A DNA stretch of 64,000 nucleotides from Histomonas meleagridis 2922-C6/04-290x (Eukaryota > Protista > Parabasalia), in assembly GCA_020184695.1 (NCBI GenBank), contig JAANOX010000149.1, forward strand, positions 124,001 to 188,000. The letters run 5' to 3'. How positions within the stretch are numbered: the first letter of the stretch is position 1; each line of letters begins with the position of its first letter. This document shows, piece after piece, positions 10,748 through 21,871 of the stretch. Under the pieces are notes generated by a model that worked only from the letters and a program-made list of their open reading frames with translations, searched no databases and was not told the DNA's origin. The position numbers were made by a program, and so were the translations under genes.

Positions 10748-13060
10748 TTAAACATGTGACCCCTCAATCAGTTTCTCTTCTTCTTCGTTTCTTTTCTTTT
10801 TCAGTATTCTAAACAACGGAATGACCACAGACAATATCATTACAGCGAACAAGAAATATATTGCGAAATGAACGAACACGGTGTACGGCGATTTGTAAGG
10901 TTCGTAAGGTCCTTTTTCCTCTCTCACACCCACTATGATGTACATTGGGTCGAAAGTCTTTCCCACGTGACTTGAAGACGGCGAAATTTCAAGTTTGAAC
11001 TGCATATTCGACGGCGGCTTTCCCGCTTCTTCTATTGAGAAAGTTGCCTCACCAATGTTTCGATCGAATACTCTTCTAATTACCTTATTTGAAGACAATG
11101 ATATAATACTAATACATACTGATGTCGAATATCCATCGTCGATTACATCATTCATATGAATTATCCATCGTAATGTTAAAATCGATTCGTTACTTGGTAT
11201 CATATTATCTTCATAATCCTTTAGCCACATTCGATTCTTAGGTTCATCATTAATATATGTAACATTAATTCGTTGTTGTAAATTACATGGTAATGATTCG
11301 ACAATTAAACTTAACTTAGAATCATTCAAAAAGACACTCGGAACAAATGGTATAGTTAAAGATGTATTATACTTATTAGCATATCCAGGAACTTTAACTC
11401 GATGTGAAAGTCTTGTTTCTCGATCGGATATGTATAATGTTATTGGACATTTTTTAGTGTAATTACTTTTCACAGTGATTCCAGTGGTGAAGTTTTCACA
11501 TGCATGCATAACAAGTTGAGTCTCATTAAAATGAAATGGATCATCTGGATTAACAATTGCTTGGTAAGGATCAGAACCTTCTTTTTGACTTATGATTGAA
11601 GGGTCTGGTGTCCCATCACTATAAAATACTTTTAAGTATGCATTAACTAATAAACCACGTGCGCCACTATCGATCTTAGGGAACATTACAATCCATTCGC
11701 CATTCGCTTTTTCGCCCAAGAATTGATAACTTGGTAACTCTAAATGTGTTATATCGACATTTAAGTCTGACCATTCTGTTAATATCTTTAATTGATATTC
11801 AGTTTGATAATTATCATTAGGACTATACATTGATACAATTAAACTTCCAAAGCCTAAGTCTTTCATGTTTAAGTTTAAGACAAAGCTTAAAATTCGTGGA
11901 TCTTTAACATCGGTAATATTAATTGGTATTGTTATGTTGACTGGCTCTTCTTTTAATTGTATGTTTATGTTAATGTTTTTGGTTGTCTCATAGATATAAA
12001 ATGGTTTTCCAAATGAATAGTTAAGTGATTCTAAGGTGTCAATCGCTTTAAGTGCTTCACTTAAATCTAATCGTCCAAATCCTGTACGACGATTATGATG
12101 AAGTCCAAAAGAATTGGTCCGCCATAACGTAGAGCCAGGATTTACTTTGCATGCAGTCATCGCAGTGATGTACATCATGTCAGTAACGGAGATCTCAGGC
12201 TTACGTTCTAAGATACATGCAAGTCCACCTGCAAAAATGGACGCCGATGCATAGGTATCATAAAATGTGGTGTTAAAACAAGCTGTTTCACTTCGAGGAT
12301 GTGCAGTATATATTGGGGCTATTGGTGAATCATCACTATTTCGTGCTCCGGGACATGACATAAAGAGGCCAGCACCTTCGGCTCCACGATTAAGTGGATC
12401 GCCACGATTGTTAACAGCTGATATGGAAAAGACCATCGGCCATCTTGTGGGCGGTGTGAAGAAAACATCAGTGGTAATGGTACCCGCTGGGACTACAAAG
12501 AATTTTTGATTGGATGAAAGTCCATCTTCTGGATTATAAAGACATTCATCAGCATAATCCGATGGAATTTCATTTGTCGGTATGTATTTGCAAACACGCC
12601 CTTCACAATGGGAATAAATATATTGAATAACACCGATGTGCCAATTTTCAACATGATGACATAAAGTATACTCAAGTGAAACATTTCGTCCTTGAACATT
12701 ATAGAAGTTATATGATGCAACTTTGGCACCTGGAGCTACACCATCTGAATCACAGTAATCATAGCTACCAGCTGCTAAACTAAGGGTTCTTTGCCCAAGA
12801 GTATCATTCTCGGGAAATTTTGGAATAAGTTCAACTAAATTATTGTAAGTTTCTAAAAATTCGTCTTCAATTGCACGCCCTTGATATACATGGTGATAAT
12901 AGTTCGCTCCGTTTGCAATAACATTGATTACAATACCAGTTCCATTTCGATAAAGAGTACTAGTCGGACTGGGATAATTAATATCTTCGCCTGGAATACC
13001 TGCATATTCCCCTGTATTATTGAGCCACCACCTTAAGAAAAGAGAAAAAAAGAGAAACAT
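10748..13060 (-). CDS. Kexin/furin-like subtilase (S8 plus P-domain) type I membrane protein, catalytically degenerate
   Basis: GVAPGAKVAS, VFSISAVNNRG, CPGA, NRRTGFGRLD, P-domain-like GEKANGEW and a C-terminal TM helix; first ATG at 13060 begins a signal-peptide-like segment. Confidence 0.85.
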   Translation of the reverse strand: MFLFFSLFLRWWLNNTGEYAGIPGEDINYPSPTSTLYRNGTGIVINVIANGANYYHHVYQGRAIEDEFLETYNNLVELIPKFPENDTLGQRTLSLAAGSYDYCDSDGVAPGAKVASYNFYNVQGRNVSLEYTLCHHVENWHIGVIQYIYSHCEGRVCKYIPTNEIPSDYADECLYNPEDGLSSNQKFFVVPAGTITTDVFFTPPTRWPMVFSISAVNNRGDPLNRGAEGAGLFMSCPGARNSDDSPIAPIYTAHPRSETACFNTTFYDTYASASIFAGGLACILERKPEISVTDMMYITAMTACKVNPGSTLWRTNSFGLHHNRRTGFGRLDLSEALKAIDTLESLNYSFGKPFYIYETTKNININIQLKEEPVNITIPINITDVKDPRILSFVLNLNMKDLGFGSLIVSMYSPNDNYQTEYQLKILTEWSDLNVDITHLELPSYQFLGEKANGEWIVMFPKIDSGARGLLVNAYLKVFYSDGTPDPSIISQKEGSDPYQAIVNPDDPFHFNETQLVMHACENFTTGITVKSNYTKKCPITLYISDRETRLSHRVKVPGYANKYNTSLTIPFVPSVFLNDSKLSLIVESLPCNLQQRINVTYINDEPKNRMWLKDYEDNMIPSNESILTLRWIIHMNDVIDDGYSTSVCISIISLSSNKVIRRVFDRNIGEATFSIEEAGKPPSNMQFKLEISPSSSHVGKTFDPMYIIVGVREEKGPYEPYKSPYTVFVHFAIYFLFAVMILSVVIPLFRILKKKRNEEEEKLIEGSHV

Positions 13061-13494
13061 TTGAACCAAAAAGTGTCAACTGGTTGAAATTTGTCGTTGT
13101 CTTTTTGTACTCAAAATTTGAATAGTTTATTGGAAAGTTAATAATTATGCAAAATTGTTTATTGTTAGCAGCCGTAACTATATTTGAGAATTGTATTCGT
13201 TGGATATTCATTTGAATCATTAATTGCTTGTATAAACAAACTGATTAGATATATTGTTGACAAAGAGCAAATATAAAATTTAGCCAGTGATTAAGCTATA
13301 AGAGTATATATTTTAATAATCAAATATCGAATGTAAAAATGTAAAATATTTTTTTCATTTAAATTAATAAATTTATTTGAATAATTTTTTAATATTCTCA
13401 AATTTATTTTTGGAAAAATATTGTAAACTTCGACGAAAATAATTAATATGAAGCACTTTTTGTAAATCATATAATTCTAAAGTAGCTAAAAATA

Positions 13495-13878
13495 ATGAAA
13501 AATAAACAATCAAGACTTGAAAATGGTGCATGGACTCCTTCTATAAGAGTTTTATCTATAGAAGTAATGGATGACCTTATTATTAGACCAACTTCATTCG
13601 TGATTTCAGATCCAAGAAATGGCGGCTTAAATACTTTTCAAGGAGTACGAGAAAAAATTTCTAAAAAAAAATACAACAAACTTCTAGATTGGAAGGAAGA
13701 TATGACTAGAATATTTGCAATTGCTAGAACTTCAGGAGATCCGCTTGTTTTAGGAATTTGTGATGATTTTGAAACTAAGTTTCTCAAAAAATATCAAAAG
13801 CTTGAAGCTTTTAGTAATTTCAATTTTAAAGATTCTTTAACAGCTGTTTTGGAAGAACTTCAATCAATTTCCGAATAA
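13495..13878 (+). CDS. Small protein with a divergent bromodomain-like segment
   Basis: TFQGVREKISKKKYNKLLDWKEDMTRIF matches the pattern DLGTIxEKLxxxxYxSxxxWxxDxxLIF; 127-aa ATG-initiated ORF. Confidence 0.55.
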   Translation: MKNKQSRLENGAWTPSIRVLSIEVMDDLIIRPTSFVISDPRNGGLNTFQGVREKISKKKYNKLLDWKEDMTRIFAIARTSGDPLVLGICDDFETKFLKKYQKLEAFSNFNFKDSLTAVLEELQSISE

Positions 13879-14036
13879 GTTTTAAAAATTTAAATGAAAA
13901 TGAACCTTGTAAATAAAGCTATTTAAATTAAATATCATTATTTCACAAATGGATGCTATACCATCTAAAAAAGGATATGAAAATATCATTTTTAATATAT
14001 TTAAAATATAAATTTATTATAAATAAAAAAATGAAA

Positions 14037-14108
14037 GCGTTGCTAGTGTAGTGGTTATCATGCTAGCCTTCCAAGCTTGTGATCCGGGTTCGATTCCCGG
14101 GCAACGCA
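14037..14108 (+). tRNA. tRNA-Gly (anticodon TCC)
   Basis: Acceptor stem GCGTTGC/GCAACGC, D-loop AGTGGTTA, anticodon loop CTTCCAA, T-arm CCGGG-TTCGATT-CCCGG; followed by a T-run (Pol III terminator). Confidence 0.97.
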
Positions 14109-14196
14109 TTTTTTTAAAAATGTATAAGGTTAAGACTTTATAGATCAAACATTAGGGTTTCAGTATCTTGTGGAAACTCATGGCAACCCAATTTTA

Positions 14197-14466
14197 ATGA
14201 ATTCTATTGATCAGATGTTTCGAGAATCTGTTGAATTAGAAAAGCAATATGATAAAAGTGTTGAAGTACATCATGGAAATAAAATAACAGATTCATTAGA
14301 AGAAGATCAATTTTCCAGGGCTGTATATGATGAAATCTCATTTTCTTTATCAGTGATAAAAGCAATGAAAAAAGAAATTAGCGCGATGGAACAGGAAGCA
14401 AAAATAATTGAAAGAAAGAAATTAAAACTCAAGAAAAAAATAAATGAATTAAAAAACAACAGATAA
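14197..14466 (+). CDS. Hypothetical short coiled-coil protein
   Basis: ORF 14170-14466, first ATG at 14197; K/E-rich heptads. Confidence 0.55.
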   Translation: MNSIDQMFRESVELEKQYDKSVEVHHGNKITDSLEEDQFSRAVYDEISFSLSVIKAMKKEISAMEQEAKIIERKKLKLKKKINELKNNR

Positions 14467-14843
14467 TTAAGCACACAAACCTTTCAATAAATGTTTTTTT
14501 TTATTTATTATTATTTTTCATAATAAAAAATCAAGGCAATTTACAATACTATATATTTGTTTTCTTATGATTTTTAAAAAACGAAATGAACATCAGAAAA
14601 TTTCTTTTTCTCATACAAATTAGATAATTGTAAAAAGCCTTAATTATTCTCTTCCTTATTATCCATAGAAAACAATGATATTTATAATTTTTCCAGAATA
14701 AAAATATTTAAATTCATTCTTTTTTATTATTTTATAAAATTGTTTAATCTTAAATCATTTATTAATTTATTAAGCTTAACAAATAATAATAAAATTCGAT
14801 ATATAAACAAAAACAAAAATAACTGAAATGAATTTTCATTAAT

Positions 14844-15962
14844 TTATTCAGGTGAAACGAATTCTCCTGCAAACAAAACAGTTTTATTTTTGTGAACCAA
14901 TTCATATATAAATGGATGGTCTGCTACGAAGAACTTTTCGATTATTTCTGGCAATCCAAGAGTCTCTATCCCTGTTGCAGCTGCTGCCGTAGTTCCTTCT
15001 TCATATACTTCAAGAAAAGCTTTGTGCACTACGCGTGAAATCTTTGGCTTTTGCAGATCGAAAAGCAAACGAATTCCAATCGCTTCGAGCATTTCGCGCA
15101 GGTGTTGTGACTCCCAAAGGCATTTAAACTTGGGAATTACTACATTAATCTTGACTTCGTTAAGGTTTTGGACATATTCTTCGAACTTTTTGGTGCCAAG
15201 TAAACTTTTGAGAGATCGAAATGATTGAAGATCTTTATTCTTAGGAAGAAAGATTAATAAAGAACAATCGTTTACATATGGCAAAGAAATCACTTGGCAA
15301 TCATCATCTTCGAAATATGGGATGGTGAATTGATCTTTCATGAAAGATGTTGTTTTGGTTCCTTCGAATAGATTAAATGGGTAATCCGAAGTCCCTTCTG
15401 GATCAAACTTATTCTGCCATTCGGCTTTGAAATAGATGGCATTGGTAAGAATGATATCAGAATTAGGTTCAACTTCATCTGCTTGAATAAGATTTTGAAT
15501 AAGACCATTGGTGACTTCTGCAACCTTTTGATTTATTAAGCTAATGCCTTCTTGATTAAATTCGATTGGATTAATTTCAATTCCAAGAAATTCAATTAAT
15601 GGTTTGAAAAATTCTGCGTCAAATTCTTTGTTCTTGTTTGGCCAAAGTGTATTTGCGCCACGAATAACTGCATTATTTGTTTTTTGTTCAACTTGTGAAA
15701 TGAGATTTCGAAGATTGGTGAGGATATCTTTTGGAGTAGTATCAGATGGCATTCTGAGAACATCGGAAATTTGTTTTCGTGTTGGATTATTTAGAATTGA
15801 AGCAACCATTAAAAGGATTGCATAAGTTGAATATGGTGAAACAAGAATATTACTTGATTCATCGCAAAGATTTGAAAGCATGGCAATAGAAAGAACCTGT
15901 GTAGGTTCGCTTGGAGTCCCGTAGAAAAGATTTGAAAAGAAGTGTTTTATGTTTGAAATCAT
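14844..15962 (-). CDS. Serpin (serine protease inhibitor)
   Basis: NILVSPYS, ILTNAIYFKAEWQNKF, VVIPKFK, hinge EVYEEGTTAAAAT, FVADHPFIY. Confidence 0.95.
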   Translation of the reverse strand: MISNIKHFFSNLFYGTPSEPTQVLSIAMLSNLCDESSNILVSPYSTYAILLMVASILNNPTRKQISDVLRMPSDTTPKDILTNLRNLISQVEQKTNNAVIRGANTLWPNKNKEFDAEFFKPLIEFLGIEINPIEFNQEGISLINQKVAEVTNGLIQNLIQADEVEPNSDIILTNAIYFKAEWQNKFDPEGTSDYPFNLFEGTKTTSFMKDQFTIPYFEDDDCQVISLPYVNDCSLLIFLPKNKDLQSFRSLKSLLGTKKFEEYVQNLNEVKINVVIPKFKCLWESQHLREMLEAIGIRLLFDLQKPKISRVVHKAFLEVYEEGTTAAAATGIETLGLPEIIEKFFVADHPFIYELVHKNKTVLFAGEFVSPE

Positions 15963-15968
15963 GAGGTG

Positions 15969-15974
15969 AAGTGA
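15969..15974 (-). promoter_or_regulatory. Initiator (Inr) element TCACTT upstream of the serpin gene
   Basis: TCACTT on the minus strand 6 nt before the ATG at 15962; matches the trichomonad Inr consensus TCAYTW. Confidence 0.6.
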
Positions 15975-16120
15975 TACTTGTTGTCAATAAACGGTTTATA
16001 AAAAGAAATTTGGATTAACTTAGTTCCAGGGCATAACGGTCGTTTCCATTAAATTATTGTCTAGTTTATGCTTTCAAATTCTTTATTTTTTTTTCGATAA
16101 GTGACTCTTTACGCCAAGTG

Positions 16121-16238
16121 AAATTAAATTAATAAAATTGAATAAAATAAGTGCCGTTTTGTATCATATAAAATTAAATTAAAAAAATTGAATGCAATAA
16201 TTGTCGTTTTGCATCGATCAAAATTGAATAAAAAAATT
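16121..16238. repeat. Degenerate 50-bp tandem repeat (about 2.4 copies)
   Basis: AAATTAAATTAAtAAAATTGAAT...GTTTTG units begin at 16121, 16171 and 16221. Confidence 0.65.
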
Positions 16239-16956
16239 CGATTACATAAATCATCTTGCGTATCTAATATTGAAAGAATTTTATTATCGTATCAATCATA
16301 ATCACGTGAACTTTGTTTGTGTGAACAAAATCGAATATATATTTCGAATATTAATATAAATGCAGCAAAAAATTGTCTATTAATACAGATGAAATAGGAT
16401 ATGATGAAAATTTGATTAAAAATATGTATTAATCGTTTAATAAGTATTTTTTTTAATTTTTTATATATTATTTATGAAATATATAGCATATGTGATATCA
16501 CATGATCAAAATTTGTTCTGAAATTAGACAAGATTAACAATTTTGTTGTCAAATAAATAGTAATTTTTATAAAAAACAAATATAAGTTGATGAATATTCA
16601 TCGAGTGGGTCTTTGTGTGTCAGTGTGTATATTCATAAATTGTAAGATTAACTATATGCAATTAGATATAAGATATAATATTATCACTTTGGTATAAGTT
16701 AAATTATATAGCAAAATAAAAAATTCATAATATAATTATCACATAAGCAAATATCAAAATCTACATTTCTGATTTTATTATATTTTTTGAAATAGTAGTG
16801 TAAACAATATCATACTACTATTATAATGTGTGAACAATATCAAATAATGAATTAATAGGAGTGTGAATTATATTTTTTATCAGTAAATTGAAATAAATTA
16901 AATTAATTTTTTATAAACTTTTGGTATGATATATGCTAATATTATAATCAGAAATA

Positions 16957-17030
16957 ATATATTATTACTATTATATATATTATTACTATTATATATTATT
17001 ACTATTATATATATTATTACTATTATATAT
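16957..17030. repeat. AT-rich tandem repeat (16-18 bp unit, 4 copies)
   Basis: ATTATTACTATTAT at 16961, 16979, 16995 and 17013. Confidence 0.85.
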
Positions 17031-18347
17031 AGTATAAATACTACGTAGTAGTGTACGTACAATACATTATAAATTCGTATTATGTTCTATCATATGAAAA
17101 ATCGAATTTCAATATCTACATAATAAATGATAAATCTTATTTTTATATTCCTTATTTAATGTGTATATTTATACTTAGTACATTATATTGACCTTATATG
17201 CTGTTAACGTTCTGAGTGGTGAAAAATATTTATATATATACAAGTATCCGAAGTACAATAGTACTTGAGGTTGTTTATAACAATTCAAGTAGAAATAAAA
17301 AGATAATGAAAAATACATATATGAAAGCTCTTTATAAAAAACTTGGTATAATTTAATAAATATTTAATAAAAAAAGATTATAAGCAAAGCAAATAATATA
17401 TCATATTTTGGATCTGATTTTTGCCAAATGCAAAAATCAAATCCCAGGTTATAAAAAGAAAGTCAATCTTCAATTTTTTCATATTGTTCAAGAACAAAGG
17501 GGTTATAGTCAAATTTTAATAGTAGTACGAATAAAAATCACACAATTATCTTATATCCTTTCCGATAACGAAATCGTCAATGAGGAGATATTGATTTATT
17601 CTAGGATAATATGTAAAATTGATCATTATATATATCATGAACTACAAATAATACCTGTTGCCATATATAAATTGCCGATTCTAATATATTTGAAATCTAA
17701 ATTAAAGACATGAATTAAAAATAAAATAATTAATTCTACAAAATTTGAAATGAATAGCATAAAATAAGATTCAAATTATGGTTTTTTGCTATCAGCAAAA
17801 AACATATCCTAGGTCAAAAATCAGAGTAAATTTACTATTCATGAATTACCTCGCCATTGGTTAACTATCTATTCGTAGTCAAATTTGAATCGAAGAACGA
17901 ACAAAAACCATTCAATCAGTTGAAAAGAAAAAAGACAATAAAAGGAGGATTTTGTCCCATAATATAAGTATCGGGAGAAAATTAATACACAGGATGACTG
18001 ATAATTTTTTAACTGATTTTAAATTATTATGCGAAGGGGGAAAAAGTGCTGTTGAAAAAATTCAATGATAAAAAATTGTTATTCTATTCAAAAAAGTTAT
18101 CGTTAGAAAGTTTTGTATCGTTTGTACCAATATATGCCCGAATGTGCATTCACATATCAAAAATAACTTATATACGACAATTACATGAATATGCCATCAA
18201 TGTATTTGAAATTTTTTGAGTTTATTAATATTTCAGATAGGTTTGAAAAGAATTTAATATCAAGATTTTATATAATTAAATAAAATAAATGATATTTCAT
18301 CATTGCCCAAATAATTTCTGAATTTCTAATTCCTTAATAGATTAAGA

Positions 18348-19180
18348 TATTCTTAGTTTTTTATTAATCAAAGATGCAACTATGTATTTATATATTATAT
18401 ATCCATAATATCAAGATCGTATGAATAACGCCATATACAATTATAATTCGATTTTAAGTTATTGATATCATTCTACATGTTCAAGCGGTTCGAAGTCAAA
18501 TTTGAATGAGTGGACGTATAAAAATCACTCAATCAGCTCGTATCGTTCTCAAAACCGTGGTATTGAATCATATTCGGAAAAATAGAGAAATTAATAATCG
18601 TTATCATCAGAAAAAATGTATCGTTCGTAATAAGATATTTCAAGAATGTGTACTTACACAGAAACTATATAATTGATAATAAATTATTAATCAGGTTAAA
18701 TAAGTACATCATTAAGGTATTACGAGAATTATCACATCATTCATTTTTTCAAAAAATTCATAAATTCAGAAAAATCAAGATTTCATATAAATTTTCGGAA
18801 TAAATAACAAATAACGATTCTATGAAAAAATATCAATATTATTATTATATTTAAACAAACCAAGAATCATTTAATTTGGCTGTTTACAAATCATAATGAT
18901 GCTGACAAATTACAATTGTAATTAATGTGATGTAAATTAATAACGTATCTTTTCGAGGAAATAGTAAAATTTTAATAATATTTACCGTCATTCAAATTCG
19001 CTCCTATCGTCACTTATCGTTACCTCTATCGTTCAACATAAACCATGCAAAAGTAGATTTTTGTCACCTTATGGAATGAAAGAATAAATTTATCTCGTGC
19101 TAATTATGATATTATTCTTAGTTTTTTATTAATCATAGATGTAACTATGTATATATGTTATATATCCATAATATCAAGAT
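18348..19180. repeat. Dispersed ~70-bp direct repeat within a larger decayed duplication
   Basis: 18348-18417 and 19113-19180 are nearly identical (TATTCTTAGTTTTTTATTAATCA...ATCCATAATATCAAGAT); weaker match between ~17875-17925 and ~18490-18540. Confidence 0.75.
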
Positions 19181-19705
19181 GGTAGGTCATCCTACGATGG
19201 GTGAAAATCGCAAGTCGAGTTTAATATATAGGATTAATATTATTAAAACGTTATTTTATAATAATATTAAAAGATGTTTATTCATTTAAATGAAGAACCA
19301 TCCACCCAAACATTAATAATGTATCTCATGGAAGCATTCGTCGAATGCACAGAAATGATAACCATTTTGATTCTTATGCTCTGTTAAGCATTTCAGACAA
19401 AATAAATCACGAATTAGATACTAAAGTTTAGGACTTACAAATCCATCACCCAAAAATGACGAATGCTATGAAACACCAACCAATTACATTAACTTTTTAA
19501 ATAACATGAAAGGAAGAAACATCACATTTGGATGATTTCGTAATTTAGAGATATTGAAGAAAAATGATCAGAAAATACGTTATTTTGGATTAACGTACAA
19601 AAAAGGGTGTAATTTTCTGTGGGCTTTTAACAGGATGCGACCGTTTATGACGACCGTTATAACCTTCTCGACTTTTTTATTGCGATTAAATAGAAAACAT
19701 AGAAG

Positions 19706-19933
19706 ATGGATGCAGAAAAGAAGAGTAGAAAAAAGAAAGTTCATTCTCTATACTACGCAGCGTACGTCCCAGATGAAACACCTGCTACGGAACTTGAACT
19801 TTTAATTCAAAGAACAATGATGGAACAAAAAGGAAAAGACATTTCAACTGAAGGCATTGCCTCAAAAGCATCTGAAGAACAAGTACCACCAAATCAAATT
19901 CCAATAGATCCTTCAATACCTAAAAAAGAATGA
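19706..19933 (+). CDS. Hypothetical 75-aa protein
   Basis: ATG-initiated ORF with GC-elevated, protein-like composition in an AT-rich region. Confidence 0.55.
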   Translation: MDAEKKSRKKKVHSLYYAAYVPDETPATELELLIQRTMMEQKGKDISTEGIASKASEEQVPPNQIPIDPSIPKKE

Positions 19934-20641
19934 ACATTTTTTTTAAAGTATAAATTTAGATATTATTGTTTAAAAAGAATTACATTTTTTTCTCGATCAT
20001 TTTGAACTCATGTTTTCATATATAAAATTGGAATTTTCAAATTTAAAAAGAGATCATAAATTTGTGATTATAATTTAATATGAATTTGAATTTTTTTATG
20101 ATGTGATCATTTTATTTGTGGCTTCTTTCCTTTGCTTTTGGTATAGCTTCCAAACGATAGAACCGAATGAATGAAAAATCATCGGATTTATATTCAAAAA
20201 CTGAAGTGTTTGGGAAACCTTTCTGAAACCACTTTAAAGTGGTTTATGTATTGTCTGTGGGAAATTTTGTTTCCCTCATTAATGATTGAAAAATAGTTAT
20301 ACTATAGCAAGCCACTAAGGCTTAGTGACTGAGCATAGTAAATTTTCGATATTGAGCCCCAATAAGAATTCGGAAACGATAGACATTAATAAATAGATTT
20401 AGTGAAATCAGAATTTACTTTTGACCATCCAAATAGTTACATGTCTTAAATTCAATTTCACTTCAATTAAGTTTATATGCATTTTATTTGTATATTGGAA
20501 TGAGAGAAGGTTCAGACAGAATGAATTAATGTATAGACTAACTATCGATGACTTATATAAGTCCCATTATGGGGCACCCCATTTGATCTTCACTAATCAA
20601 CCGAAAAATATTTGTGAGTTTTATTATTAAAGTGGCATATA

Positions 20642-21871
20642 ATGAAAAATCAAAATATTTTGGAATTAGAGCAAAAAATCCAGAAAATAATTTTTGATTT
20701 AGACAAAGACAATATTAGACAAGCAGCAAAAATAATAATTGACAGTTTTGATGATAATTGTTCAATATCTTTTAATATAGTTATTAGTTATTTTATATTT
20801 TTAGCAGTTGTTTTACAAATGAATAAATTTGATATATATTTAAATTTAATGAAAGAAATTGAAAAATACGAAAAAAACGAACCCAAAATATTTGAATATT
20901 TTATTCATACTCTTCTTAAAAATAACATAAAAGAATCACATTATCTTCTTGAAATTATGGTCGAACAAAATCTGATTGATATAAGTCGTCTCTGGAGAAT
21001 TATTAAGATAAAAAAAGAACCATACTTTGTTCAATACATGTCAAAAAAAGATATAAATACATATAAAAATTATGTAAATAATCTCTATCGAAAACAAATC
21101 ATTGAAAATTATGAAGAACTTTCAAAGAATGATTGGGAAGTTCATAAAAAATTAATTAAAGAAGGACATAATCCAAATGAAATTGCGAAAATAATTCGAA
21201 ATGATGAAATTGAAAAACTTCAAGAAATATCATCACAAACAAATTTTGATTTTAATCAAAGAATTGCACCATCACTTTATGAAAGATGTTCATTTATTAA
21301 TGAAGAAAATGTTACATTAATTGATTATGCAGCATTTTTTTCTTCAATTAAATGTTTTAAATATTTACTTATGAATGGTGCAAAAGTAGAAAACACAGGT
21401 GAATATGCAGTTGCAGGAGGAAATGAAGAAATCATTCATTTGTGTGAACAAAATCATTCAACATTTGAAGATGCATATGAAACAGCAATTGAATTTCATC
21501 GAAATGATATCTTTAAATATTTTTATGAGAATAAAATAAAGAAAATTGATAGATTGAAAGAATTAGGAAATGAATGTGTTTTATATAATAATTATGAAAT
21601 TTTTTCATATTTAATAAAAGAAGGAATGAAGATCAATAGAAATATAATTAATACTTCTGCTAAAATTGGCGATTTATATCTTGTTAAATATTTCCTACAA
21701 AACAACAAAATTCCAAAGAATATATTAATTATTTCAGCACAATCAGACAATATTGAACTTGTTAAATATATATTAGAATTAAAAGTAATAGATATAAATG
21801 ATGTTTGTTTATTTTATTTAATATTTATTTTAATAATTTTGGAATTCAAAATAATTTTTGATTTTTATTAA
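20642..21871 (+). CDS. Ankyrin-repeat protein, N-terminal part (trichomonad DUF3447-like domain); frame ends inside the first spacer
   Basis: TLIDYAAFFSSIKCFKYLLMNGA, YAVAGGNEEIIHLC, AIEFHRNDIFKYF, then ankyrin-like helices ending DIND. Confidence 0.85.
   Translation: MKNQNILELEQKIQKIIFDLDKDNIRQAAKIIIDSFDDNCSISFNIVISYFIFLAVVLQMNKFDIYLNLMKEIEKYEKNEPKIFEYFIHTLLKNNIKESHYLLEIMVEQNLIDISRLWRIIKIKKEPYFVQYMSKKDINTYKNYVNNLYRKQIIENYEELSKNDWEVHKKLIKEGHNPNEIAKIIRNDEIEKLQEISSQTNFDFNQRIAPSLYERCSFINEENVTLIDYAAFFSSIKCFKYLLMNGAKVENTGEYAVAGGNEEIIHLCEQNHSTFEDAYETAIEFHRNDIFKYFYENKIKKIDRLKELGNECVLYNNYEIFSYLIKEGMKINRNIINTSAKIGDLYLVKYFLQNNKIPKNILIISAQSDNIELVKYILELKVIDINDVCLFYLIFILIILEFKIIFDFY

Noticed and set aside
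17408-17713. 101-aa ORF
   Set aside because: TTG start, no recognisable motif, AT-rich context; treated as spurious.
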